Positions 8,523-17,678 of a stretch of 64,000 nucleotides of DNA are shown in pieces. The notes below the pieces were generated by a model. It searched no databases. It was not told the origin of the DNA and saw only the letters and a list, made by a program, of their open reading frames with translations. The DNA is from a virus, in the IMG/VR virus record IMGVR_UViG_3300031576_001126, positions 1 to 64,000 of that record; one strand, 5' to 3'. A program made the position numbers and the translations under genes. Positions within the stretch are counted from its first letter, which is position 1. Each line of letters opens with the position of its first letter.

Positions 8523-9967
8523 ATTGTTAACCTATTATAAATTTTGTCCACGAGAATGTTCCATGTGAAATTTTCTATTATATTTTGTCTTAGCTTTTCT
8601 GCTTTTTCTTTTGCCTGCCCATAGTTTTCATAAACAAATTTCATTGTTTCTCTGAGTTGTTGAATTCCTTTTTCGCCGATTACGGCAAAGTCCATATTGT
8701 CGTAGTAGCTTGAAATTTTTAATATTTCTTTTATTTCTTGTGATTTTGAATCATATCCTTCAATATCTATTAAATAGCTATTATCGTCATTAAGATAATC
8801 AAGTTGTCCAGTGCATCTGGTCATTATGACCGGAATCCCGCAAGCTCCAGCTTCGAGTCCGGGAAGGCAGTATCCTTCTCCACGGCTGGGCAACGCAAAA
8901 GCGTTGCTGATATTATAAATTAACGGCATATCATCTTCATCTATGGCTTGACCGACATGGACAATATGTGGAGGCTTTTCTGTATTTTTTGAATATTTAA
9001 GGATATAATCTTTTATTTGTCGTCTTATAACATCTATATCTTCTTGAGTTGATCTTCCCCAGTTTCTTGAAACAATTAATAATGTCACATCATCTTTGCT
9101 TGAGAATTCTTTTAAATAAGATTTAAACAATATATCGTGACCTTTTCTTAAACTCCACCCAAATACGGACAAGAATACAAATCCTTTTGTTTTTATCTGT
9201 AATTTGTTTTTTTGTTCTTGAATCAATTCAAATGGTCTGTATCTTTCTATATCAACTCCAAGTGGCATATGATAAGCTGGAGGTCTTAATCCCGCTTCTT
9301 TAAATATTTGCATATTATGCAAACTTGGAATCCAAACCTCATCTGCATTTTGACATTTTGCCAAAAAACTGGGAGGAACAGCATTGCTTTCTATCATTGA
9401 AAAAAGAATTTTTCTTCCTTTTCTTGGAAAAAATTTCGGAGGCATAATAGCCCAAACAGATGTGGCATCATCAGAAACCTTATTTTTAAGCATTTCATTT
9501 AATGCTGGTGTTATTTTTAATTTTGATCTAAGTTTTTCAATTCCACCAAGCCCGGCTAATTCGTGTTGTATTTTTAAGTCTTTTTTCAGATAAAGTCTTT
9601 CAAGGCTTTCTCTGTTCATTTTTCCATATCCGCCAACATCGCTAGATGGTCCAGCCCACCAAATTTCTTTGGTGGCATTTGAATTTATTTTCGGGTATTC
9701 TTTTGTTGATGATATGGATTCTTCAACTTCTCCAAAAGAAACAATATCAGAATTAGCTGTTTCTGTTTTATTTTCATTTTTTTGATCTATTCCATCTTCA
9801 GGCCATGGAATAAAAACTCCATTTTTTATAGCAGTTTTCAAGGATTCAGAAAGATCAATTTCTTCTTGAGTAAAAGCTATCTTTTTATCAGGATCAAAAG
9901 AAATTCTTCTATTTTTCAACTCAGAAAAGGAATAGTTTTTTCCGGAAATATTTTTAAAATTACTCAT
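8519..9967 (-). CDS. Glycosyltransferase, GT-B fold (GT4-like)
   Basis: GGYG N-terminal loop, ADEVWIPS, PLGVD, FLSVFGWSLRKGHDILFKSY, and FALPSRGEGYCLPGLEAGACGIPVI (EX7E motif). Likely start 9967 (track start 10048). Confidence 0.9.
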   Translation of the reverse strand: MSNFKNISGKNYSFSELKNRRISFDPDKKIAFTQEEIDLSESLKTAIKNGVFIPWPEDGIDQKNENKTETANSDIVSFGEVEESISSTKEYPKINSNATKEIWWAGPSSDVGGYGKMNRESLERLYLKKDLKIQHELAGLGGIEKLRSKLKITPALNEMLKNKVSDDATSVWAIMPPKFFPRKGRKILFSMIESNAVPPSFLAKCQNADEVWIPSLHNMQIFKEAGLRPPAYHMPLGVDIERYRPFELIQEQKNKLQIKTKGFVFLSVFGWSLRKGHDILFKSYLKEFSSKDDVTLLIVSRNWGRSTQEDIDVIRRQIKDYILKYSKNTEKPPHIVHVGQAIDEDDMPLIYNISNAFALPSRGEGYCLPGLEAGACGIPVIMTRCTGQLDYLNDDNSYLIDIEGYDSKSQEIKEILKISSYYDNMDFAVIGEKGIQQLRETMKFVYENYGQAKEKAEKLRQNIIENFTWNILVDKIYNRLTI

Positions 9968-10016
9968 GTTTTTTACTCTTTGGTTTAAGAAGGTTTCGTC
10001 TGAAGACGAGAGTAGT

Positions 10017-10223
10017 TCATTCTGCGTTATACCAATCCTCAAGAACATCGGCTGATTTTTGAATCATAAAGCATATTCTATCTTGAATTTCTTCTAATGT
10101 TCCTTCAATTGTTACTGCATCACCAAGCGGTTCCTTTGGTTTGTTTTTGATAAGTTTATCATGATAGTTATCACGTATTGTTAAATCCATTTTGATAATG
10201 GCTTTGTATTTTAGGTTATCCAT
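10017..10223 (-). CDS. Small hypothetical protein
   Basis: 68-aa ORF at the head of the leftward operon. Confidence 0.55.
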   Translation of the reverse strand: MDNLKYKAIIKMDLTIRDNYHDKLIKNKPKEPLGDAVTIEGTLEEIQDRICFMIQKSADVLEDWYNAE

Positions 10224-10296
10224 AAAAATGACTTTCCATCAACTTGTTTATTATACGAGAAACCAGGAGAAACGGCATAACTTTTCGTATTTATAA

Positions 10297-10854
10297 ATGG
10301 AGATTTCAATGGAAGAGCAATGGGTTGTAAAAAATAATACTAAAGGCATACTTCTTTTCCCAAAGAATAAGATAAAATTTAACTTCTTTGGACAAGAAAA
10401 AGAATTGTGTTTTTTTACAAATAAAACGGTGTCTGAATTGGAAAAGGATGAAGAAGTAAAAATAAATTTAGCACATAATAACATAATTACTGTTTCTAAA
10501 ACCACGAGAGAAGAAAAAAAAGAAAATGAAATATATTCACAAATAAAAGAATTAAAAGACTTAATTATAAATTCAAATCAGAAAATAACACCGCAACAAA
10601 GTATGAATGTTGATATGGAAAGTATTGCAAAAGCAATAAGCAAAGAGATAAATATCAAATTAAATATAGTCTCCGGCGCTGAAAATGTCGTATTCTTAAA
10701 AGAAGAAGAAAGAATGCGTGAAGATATTTTGAAACAATTTGTGTTAAAAAACAGAGATAATTCTGAGAAAAATATTAAACATTTTGGTCAAGAAAAAAAA
10801 GTAGATAATGAAAGCGAAGGTAATGAAAAATTATTGGAAGATATAGATATATGA
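10297..10854 (+). CDS. Hypothetical protein
   Basis: 185-aa ORF (alternative ATG 10309 with GGAG RBS); first gene of the rightward arm. Confidence 0.7.
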   Translation: MEISMEEQWVVKNNTKGILLFPKNKIKFNFFGQEKELCFFTNKTVSELEKDEEVKINLAHNNIITVSKTTREEKKENEIYSQIKELKDLIINSNQKITPQQSMNVDMESIAKAISKEINIKLNIVSGAENVVFLKEEERMREDILKQFVLKNRDNSEKNIKHFGQEKKVDNESEGNEKLLEDIDI

Positions 10855-10859
10855 ATTAT

Positions 10860-10903
10860 GTGAACTACTCTCTCCTGCCTAAAGGCAGAAGTCTTTTTGA
10901 GCA
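10860..10903 (-). mobile_element. Collapsed IS200/IS605 mini-element (right end fused to left-end hairpin; PATE/MITE-like)
   Basis: GTGAACTAC (reverse complement of GTAGTTCAC) is joined to TCTCCTGCCTAAAGGCAGAAGTCT, nearly identical to the left-end hairpin at about 14837-14861. Confidence 0.7.
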
Positions 10904-10946
10904 AGAAGGATAAACAAGAGATATTTCTTATATAGGAGTTAGAATT

Positions 10947-12059
10947 ATGTGTGCAGTAGGGGTGGACTATGGGACGAGTATACTTGTTTCGGCCAGAAAA
11001 AATGACGAGGGGAAAACCATTGTTAAAAGTGAAAGAAATTGTTTTATTGATCTAGACATGGATTTTTTGGACATGGTGGAAAAATCAGAATATAAATATA
11101 TAATTGAAGAAGAAAATAGTGAAAAAAAGTTATATGTAATTGGAAAAGATTCTATGATTTTGGACAATCTTTATTCATCTAAGGATATAAATGGAAATAA
11201 AACAAGTCGTTTAAGACGGCCTATGGCTTCGATGGTGATTAACAGCAAAACTGAAAAGATGGCGATAAAAATGTTAAAACATATGATTCAGGGTTTGGTC
11301 GGGAAGCCTAAATATGATGATGAAATTTGTGTAATCAGTATTCCTTCATCATCCTTGGATGGAACAATAAACAATGCATTTCATGCAGGAATGTGCGAAA
11401 GTTTTATGAAAGAATTGGGATATAATGTTGTCTCTATTAATGAGGCTCTTGCTGTTGTTTATGCAACAAATCCAACAATTGAGGTCGATGATGAAAAAAT
11501 AAATATGACCGGGCTGGGAATAAGTTGTGGTGGAGGCGGAATAAATGCCTGTTTAAGTTATAAATCAAAAGATATTGTTAGATTTTCTATTCCTAAAAGT
11601 GGAGACTGGATTGACCAGCAGGTTGCTTCGGTAACGCAACTTTCTTCATCGCAAGTTACTATGATAAAAGAAAAAAAATCCAGAGAAAAATTGTTGGATT
11701 TGTCTAAACCAAATTTTGAAAATGAAATTTTATCCGCAATATATTTTTATTATAAAGAACTTATAACAATTGTTGTGCGTGAATTTAAAAATGCTTTAAT
11801 TAAAGAAAAAATAAATTTTGAATATCCTTTGGAAATTATTATTTCCGGAGGAACATCTTTACCGGAAGGTTTTGATGTTTTATTCAAACAAGTGGTGGAC
11901 GAAATAAAATGGCCATTAGAAATAAAAAACATTAGAAGAGCGCAAGATCCACTTACCGCAACTGCAATTGGTTGTTTGACGGCTGCGTTGTCAAAAGAAA
12001 AGAAAAGCAAAGAACAAAAAACCGAAACAGAGAATCAGCAGGAAGAAAAAAATGTCTAA
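10947..12059 (+). CDS. Actin-like ATPase (MreB/MamK/ParM superfamily)
   Basis: Phosphate-1 GVDYGTS, RRPMASMVIN, connect INEALAVV, phosphate-2 GISCGGG, SGDWID, adenosine IIISGGTS, and C-terminal DPLTATAIG. AGGAG RBS. Confidence 0.85.
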   Translation: MCAVGVDYGTSILVSARKNDEGKTIVKSERNCFIDLDMDFLDMVEKSEYKYIIEEENSEKKLYVIGKDSMILDNLYSSKDINGNKTSRLRRPMASMVINSKTEKMAIKMLKHMIQGLVGKPKYDDEICVISIPSSSLDGTINNAFHAGMCESFMKELGYNVVSINEALAVVYATNPTIEVDDEKINMTGLGISCGGGGINACLSYKSKDIVRFSIPKSGDWIDQQVASVTQLSSSQVTMIKEKKSREKLLDLSKPNFENEILSAIYFYYKELITIVVREFKNALIKEKINFEYPLEIIISGGTSLPEGFDVLFKQVVDEIKWPLEIKNIRRAQDPLTATAIGCLTAALSKEKKSKEQKTETENQQEEKNV

Positions 12060-12618
12060 TTTTATAAAAAATATACTAATGCCTAGTAGAAAAAACAAAG
12101 TTTTAATAATAAAAGAAAGAAGAAATAATACTTTTAGAGAATATAGACTAGAAGGAAAATCTTCTCCTGCCGATAATATTATTGAACTTCCCAATTATCA
12201 GTTTTTTTTTGAAATATATAATGATAAAAAAATATTCCTTGAAAATTACAATTCCTTTCTTCCCTGGATTGATAGAAAAAATGTTATCTGGAGAAATCAA
12301 GAATCAGACTCTACTAAACCTGATTTTCATAAAGAATATAAAAAAGATAAGAATGCTTCTTTAGGCACTGTGTTTAATAATAAAACAGCAAAAAAAGTTG
12401 TCCTTGAAAACGAATATTTTAGATATTATGCAAAAGATTATAGAATTGTGTTAAAATATGTTAATATAAATAAAATAGAAGTTATTGAAGAATTATCTCC
12501 AGATAAATATATACCGCCAGCATTGGGATATAAACCAGATCATATCAAAAAAGACAATTTGTCAGAAGAAGAAGGTTTTGAAAAAAATTTGTCTGATCCC
12601 TTTGAAAAATTGGATTAG
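12052..12618 (+). CDS. Hypothetical protein
   Basis: 188-aa ORF overlapping the stop of the actin-like gene. Confidence 0.65.
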   Translation: MSNFIKNILMPSRKNKVLIIKERRNNTFREYRLEGKSSPADNIIELPNYQFFFEIYNDKKIFLENYNSFLPWIDRKNVIWRNQESDSTKPDFHKEYKKDKNASLGTVFNNKTAKKVVLENEYFRYYAKDYRIVLKYVNINKIEVIEELSPDKYIPPALGYKPDHIKKDNLSEEEGFEKNLSDPFEKLD

Positions 12619-12696
12619 CTGGCTGGTATTCGTGATAAAAGGATTTTTTCTACAATCTCCAGAAAATATAATTGATATATTTGTGGAGAAAAAACA

Positions 12697-13203
12697 ATGG
12701 CCCAATATTGTTCTATAAGTGATTTGCAAAGCATTCTTCCATCCAATGTTATCATTGGTACTAATGCCCTTGAAGAAAACACAACAATTATAGAAGATGA
12801 TGCCTTGAGCTTTATAAATTTTGCATCCAACATAATTGATGGAGCCATTAATAATATATATAGAGTGCCTTTGTTGACTTATAAAAGAGTTGATCTTACA
12901 ACTCTTATTCCAACTTTCACAGTAGATTTCCCAGAACCAATTAGATTGATTTGTAGTCGTTTAGCTGCCGGACAACTTTATGACGAGGTTATCAATGCAA
13001 ATCAAGAACCCAACATTTCCGAATGGGGTCAAAATATGAGAAATTTGGCTTATGATGATTTACAAAGAATAGCTTCTGGTCAAACTCTTTTAAAAGGACA
13101 AACTTTTGCGGGGCAAAGATTTAGAAGACAAGAGCTTCTTGATGATCCAAGACTTTCAAGACCTGGCGAAATGAATTTACCGTCTAGAAATCCTGGGAAA
13201 TAA
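12697..13203 (+). CDS. Head-tail adaptor, Mu gp36/DUF1320-like
   Basis: MAQYCSISDL start, A..IID..I...Y.VPL and P.PIRLIC..LA...LY pattern, GGAG RBS, and position upstream of the tail genes. Confidence 0.72.
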   Translation: MAQYCSISDLQSILPSNVIIGTNALEENTTIIEDDALSFINFASNIIDGAINNIYRVPLLTYKRVDLTTLIPTFTVDFPEPIRLICSRLAAGQLYDEVINANQEPNISEWGQNMRNLAYDDLQRIASGQTLLKGQTFAGQRFRRQELLDDPRLSRPGEMNLPSRNPGK

Positions 13204-13219
13204 TGTTAGGACTTGACTC

Positions 13220-13519
13220 ATGGAAGATATTCAAGAATTTAAAGATATTTCAAGTGCTGTTGAAAAATTCCAGGCATGCATGAATAATGATGATGAATCA
13301 TTTTATAAAAATATGCCATTGAATTTAGGAGATATGATGGTCTCTGAAGAAGAAATTGTTGGCAAAAACACAGGAGATGTAGAAAGAAAAAACTTTATGG
13401 ATTTCGATTATTTTGATCTTAAAGAACAAAACAAATTAACAAAAGAACAAATTGAAAGAGTAGAACAATTTCAAAAAGTGAAATATTGCATTAGGGTTTC
13501 TGGAATAGATAGACTATAG
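13220..13519 (+). CDS. Hypothetical acidic protein
   Basis: 99-aa ORF with AGGA RBS in the neck gene cluster. Confidence 0.65.
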   Translation: MEDIQEFKDISSAVEKFQACMNNDDESFYKNMPLNLGDMMVSEEEIVGKNTGDVERKNFMDFDYFDLKEQNKLTKEQIERVEQFQKVKYCIRVSGIDRL

Positions 13520-13526
13520 GCGGTTT

Positions 13527-14321
13527 TTGATGAGTGTTTATTTTTTAACACAAGCAATGATCGATAGATTAAGATGTTTTTTTATGGCCGAATCACATTT
13601 TACTCAAACTGCCTTGGCTGGAGATGATGAAGTTAAAGTTGATACTACGGAACATTTCGGCATTCAAGCATTAAGAAAGGATTTCAAAGATTGTCTTATT
13701 TGGGATAACACAACAAAAGGACGGCTTATTTCTACGGGTTATGAAGGTGCCGATGCTAATATCATAAAGGGCGTTAGTAATAATAAAATATTTCTTGAAA
13801 ACCCATTAACAAGGGATTTTCTTTTGACGAATGAGCCTATTGTAATTAGAGCTCCCGGTGGGACAAGAATAAGATCTATAACTCTTGGAGATATTCGAGT
13901 AGAATTAAAATATCCTGCTATAATTATAGAACCTAAAGGCAAAACAATAGAATTTACCACATTCTCAGGAACAACAGAAACCGTAACCATAGATTTTATC
14001 GTCTATGTTAAAGATGATAAAACACAAGATTCTACAAGAACTCTATTAAAGGTGGTTGATACTCTTGAATTTATATTGATGACGAATTTGCATATTGCTC
14101 CAGCTAATAGCACATATGCTTTTGAAGTAACAAGCAAAGCTCATGTAAAAACAATAGATTATGGAGTTATTGCCAAAGGTAGTGAATTTGTCAAAGCTGC
14201 AAGATTATCATGGCAAGCGGATATGTATTTTTGGAGAAGCTATTTCAGCGCACAAAATTCTTCTTTGTCAGATGTTTCTTTGGATTTCGGAACTCTCGCA
14301 AGAAAAGAAGGATGCGAATAA
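13527..14321 (+). CDS. Putative tail terminator / tail completion protein
   Basis: YPAIIIEP...T.TIDFIVY...LLKVVDTLEFIL pattern of tail-completion proteins; lies between adaptor and tube genes. Confidence 0.5.
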   Translation: MMSVYFLTQAMIDRLRCFFMAESHFTQTALAGDDEVKVDTTEHFGIQALRKDFKDCLIWDNTTKGRLISTGYEGADANIIKGVSNNKIFLENPLTRDFLLTNEPIVIRAPGGTRIRSITLGDIRVELKYPAIIIEPKGKTIEFTTFSGTTETVTIDFIVYVKDDKTQDSTRTLLKVVDTLEFILMTNLHIAPANSTYAFEVTSKAHVKTIDYGVIAKGSEFVKAARLSWQADMYFWRSYFSAQNSSLSDVSLDFGTLARKEGCE

Positions 14322-14339
14322 CATGTCAACTACCTCCGC

Positions 14340-14725
14340 CTAAAGGCGGAGGCTTGCATTGTCTCTAATATCTTTATTCCTAAAAACATTAAATTCACAC
14401 AATTGGTCTGTTGACTTAGACCTGCCCATAAAGTTTAATTTTCCATCTATTGGAAAATTAAACGATACAGGGAGTTTTCTGTTACTTCTTAATCCAATAT
14501 TTATACACGAATAACGACTTGAGAAGGAGAATCTGGAAATAATTTTCTACATTTATGGTAATTTTTATCATAAATAATCTTTTTATTTATATTATTTTTC
14601 AAATCTTTAAATATAAATTGAGACATAGAGTTCCAAATATTGGAATGTAATTGAAGAACCTTAATGATTTTAGTTAAATCATTTTGACAAGAAGTAGAGA
14701 GCTTGATGTTGTAAGTAACATTCAT
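14340..14725 (-). pseudogene. tnpB: tnpB remnant: N-terminal 74 codons fused out of frame to the C-terminal tail
   Basis: MNVTYNIKL...YHKCRKLFPDSPSQVVIR resembles a TnpB N-terminus. Another frame continues INIGLRSNRKLPVS..., resembling the tail after the RuvC-III NAAINI motif. The RuvC/zinc-finger core is missing. Confidence 0.68.
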
Positions 14726-14784
14726 AATTACTATAATACGATAAATATTAGAGGAATACCTTTATTTTTTTTATAAATATGCTC

Positions 14785-14813
14785 TTGACAGAAGTGATTG
14801 AATATCGTATGTT
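14785..14813 (+). promoter_or_regulatory. Sigma70-like promoter reading outward from the IS left end
   Basis: TTGACA-N17-TATGTT. Confidence 0.55.
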
Positions 14814-14875
14814 ATTGAGAAAGGAGCGGCAATTCCTCTCCTGCCTAAAGGCAGGAGTCTCCTTGCCGCATTAAA

Positions 14876-15775
14876 ATGAAAGATATATTGTTTATTGCAG
14901 AATATTCTCCAGAAAATATTAAAATAGGTGAAAAATTAAAAGAATTAACAGATTGTAAATCGGCATTTGCTTTGTGGACAAATAAAATTTTAGAAAAATC
15001 AAAATATGATTATGAATCTATAATGAATAATTCATTAATAAGTGATTTTTATATCATAGAACACAATCCAAATTATGAAAAATTCTTGGCCAGCATTATA
15101 AATTTTGTAACGAAATATCCATTCGAACCTTCTGATATTTTTATTCGTGGATCTCTGTCTCAAATTTGGTCAATTAGTGTTGCTATGGAATCTTTTCTGT
15201 CCAATACAAATCTCCATATAATATTAGATCATTTTGAAAGACCATTGGAAGAATTTGAGAAAAAAGTATTGGAAATAACCTCTTCTATTTTTGCAATGGG
15301 TCCAAATGCTTTTATTGAAGAATACTCAAATAAAACTATAAATATATTTAACAAATTTCAATCAAATAATTTTGTAAAAATACCAGATTTTATGTTCAAT
15401 TCTTCGGATAGAAAACATATAAAAACGATAATAAGCAACAACGATAACTACTTAAAATACAAAGAATCATATAAAAATTATGATATAAGCTGTATAAACA
15501 TGGATTTGTGTCCAGAAAATGAACTTTCCTTATATTTGATGTTGTCTGGTTATATTTTGGATGGTTCTGAAGATAATGAATTTGGAATTATTCTTAAAAA
15601 AATGGGGAAAGCAATTATATCGGATTTTAATAAATTAGATGAAGGATATGATCATAATTTTGAAGAATTAGAAGACAAGAGCCTGGAGGAATATGCCGAA
15701 TATATTGTGGAAATAATTTTAAAAAATATAAGCACAAAAAAAGGTGAAATCATAAAGGGTCACGAAATAAATTAA
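14876..15775 (+). CDS. Hypothetical protein
   Basis: 299-aa ORF starting just outside the IS left end. Confidence 0.7.
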   Translation: MKDILFIAEYSPENIKIGEKLKELTDCKSAFALWTNKILEKSKYDYESIMNNSLISDFYIIEHNPNYEKFLASIINFVTKYPFEPSDIFIRGSLSQIWSISVAMESFLSNTNLHIILDHFERPLEEFEKKVLEITSSIFAMGPNAFIEEYSNKTINIFNKFQSNNFVKIPDFMFNSSDRKHIKTIISNNDNYLKYKESYKNYDISCINMDLCPENELSLYLMLSGYILDGSEDNEFGIILKKMGKAIISDFNKLDEGYDHNFEELEDKSLEEYAEYIVEIILKNISTKKGEIIKGHEIN

Positions 15776-15811
15776 GTGTAATTGCAAGAGTGAGTAAAAG
15801 GAGTTTTTAAT

Positions 15812-16405
15812 ATGTCAGTTATCCTTCCTAAACAATATTCCCAAATTGCTGCGGATCTTGGAGAAGCATACGCAAAGGTCAGGGATGCCTTGTTCCAAGA
15901 TGGAGCCGGGTTTTCTGACTCTGCCTTGGAAAATATTTTAAGTATTTCTGATTCAGTGGCTTCTGTTGACGACGCTACTTTTAGAGGCAGTGAAGAACCA
16001 GGAACCGGAGAAAGCGATGACCCAACAAGTTCTGATTTTAGCGATTGGGTTTCTAGTGGAAAAGTTACTGCTCCTCAAGGATCTATTTCAAGAGATATGG
16101 GAAGTACTATTTTTACTCTTGTTAATACCACGGGCAGTGAAGCAAATGCAAAAAGAGAAGCTACAAGAATATTTGGAGGAACCCTTAGAATATTGAATTC
16201 TCATGTTTTGAGTAGAATGCATAATGATTTTAGCACAATAAATGATTATTATCAGACATATGCTTTTACTGGAGATTCCGATCCAGACCTTAATTTGTTC
16301 GATCCCGATCCTACTCCGGGTCCTCAACCCGGATATTTCTCCGCTGATTTTGTCGAATTGTCTGCTCAAATTGGAGTTACAATTGACGAAGAATTCACGG
16401 CATAA
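15812..16405 (+). CDS. Hypothetical (likely virion) protein upstream of tail tube
   Basis: 197-aa acidic ORF with a strong AAGGAG RBS. Confidence 0.7.
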   Translation: MSVILPKQYSQIAADLGEAYAKVRDALFQDGAGFSDSALENILSISDSVASVDDATFRGSEEPGTGESDDPTSSDFSDWVSSGKVTAPQGSISRDMGSTIFTLVNTTGSEANAKREATRIFGGTLRILNSHVLSRMHNDFSTINDYYQTYAFTGDSDPDLNLFDPDPTPGPQPGYFSADFVELSAQIGVTIDEEFTA

Positions 16406-16446
16406 GGTTGAGAATGGTTTGAAGTGGTTTAATTAGGAGAAAAAAA

Positions 16447-17568
16447 ATGGCCGAGAATCCAATTCCTTTTTCTAGCATACCAGGAGCACAAAGAGCAGAC
16501 AATCCAACAGATCCTACTCTTGGTCTCACATTGATGGGTTGGAACCAGCTAGTTAAAATAATAGCTGGTTCAAATCGATACTTGGGTGGAAGCCTTGGAC
16601 CTTTTGGAGATCCCGGTTCTCCTTTAAGAGTTTCCGGATACGATATTGGTGTTAAACAAGAGGGAAACGCTCCAGATTATATTACTGGTCGTCAAGATAG
16701 AAGTGCCTGGATGAAAGGACCAATTGAGTCTCAAGGAACTCTTGAATATCCATTTACTTTTAGAACTGGAATTGCTATGTTTTCTGCTGGGGCATCTCTT
16801 GTTTTTAACCCTGGCGAAAGCTTTGAAATAGAATCTTCGGCACATCCGAAATTAAGAGGTTGTAAAATAAATACTGTTAATATTTCCTGTAATGCAAGAG
16901 AAGAAATAAAAACCAGAGCGGAAGTTTGGGGAATTGTTGATACTCTTGAAAATACATTAATTGATACAGAGGAATTTGACCCTCTTAATCCAGGATATAC
17001 AAATCTTCTTGATGTTTCTTCTGCCGATGGTGATCAAGCGAGAAGAACAGTTGGTGTTGGTTTCGGAAATATTCAGGGTATTACTACTACAGGTTTTCCT
17101 AATCTTATTCTTGAACAAATTCCTCAATGGGACGTTGTTAGAATTGAAGGAGCTCCAACAGGAATGCATGTTGTGGGCTTTACTTTAGATATAGCTAATA
17201 ATCTTATTAGAAACTATACAATGGGTGACAACACTGGAGCTTCTCCATTTGGCCTAAACGCCACAAGCATTAGTGCTAATCAAAGAAGAGTTTCTGGAAC
17301 TCTTCAATGGCAATCCAATATGGACGGGACTATTGCTCAAATTCTTGGGACAGGTCTTGAAACTTTAATAATTACTATTTTTTCTCCAGAAGGGCCATTT
17401 GTTCTCCAAATGAACAACTGTCTTTGGAATGCTGTTGCTCCAAGACTTTCCGCCACAGACAGAGTTGTTGTTGAAACTTCATTTACAGCCCTTGGAGCTA
17501 ACGAAGAAGAATTTGATGCTCTTCGAATCACACTCCCCAACGGCATTATTCTTGATGAAAATGTCTAA
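16447..17568 (+). CDS. Major tail tube protein
   Basis: GCKINTVNISC, FTLDIANNL, and ISANQRRVSGTL motifs of tail-tube folds. AGGAG RBS; followed by a terminator, chaperones and the tape measure gene. Confidence 0.8.
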   Translation: MAENPIPFSSIPGAQRADNPTDPTLGLTLMGWNQLVKIIAGSNRYLGGSLGPFGDPGSPLRVSGYDIGVKQEGNAPDYITGRQDRSAWMKGPIESQGTLEYPFTFRTGIAMFSAGASLVFNPGESFEIESSAHPKLRGCKINTVNISCNAREEIKTRAEVWGIVDTLENTLIDTEEFDPLNPGYTNLLDVSSADGDQARRTVGVGFGNIQGITTTGFPNLILEQIPQWDVVRIEGAPTGMHVVGFTLDIANNLIRNYTMGDNTGASPFGLNATSISANQRRVSGTLQWQSNMDGTIAQILGTGLETLIITIFSPEGPFVLQMNNCLWNAVAPRLSATDRVVVETSFTALGANEEEFDALRITLPNGIILDENV

Positions 17569-17578
17569 TTTTAAAAAG

Positions 17579-17605
17579 ATGCAGTCTAAAAATCTGCATT
17601 TTTTT
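17579..17605 (+). terminator. Rho-independent terminator after tail tube gene
   Basis: ATGCAG-N9-CTGCAT followed by a T-run. Confidence 0.55.
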
Positions 17606-17678
17606 CTTTAAAACACAAAAAAATCGTATATTTTCGTTGGGTTAAAGTCCCCGAAAATATTTCTATTGGAGGAAAATT

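Larger units (their letters stand above)
14325..14871 (-). mobile_element. Internally deleted IS200/IS605 (IS1341-like, tnpB-only) element
   Basis: Right end GTCAACTACCTCCGCCTAAAGGCGGAGG at 14325; left end GCGGCAATTCCTCTCCTGCCTAAAGGCAGGAGTCTCCTTGCCGC at about 14826-14869; truncated tnpB between them. Confidence 0.82.
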
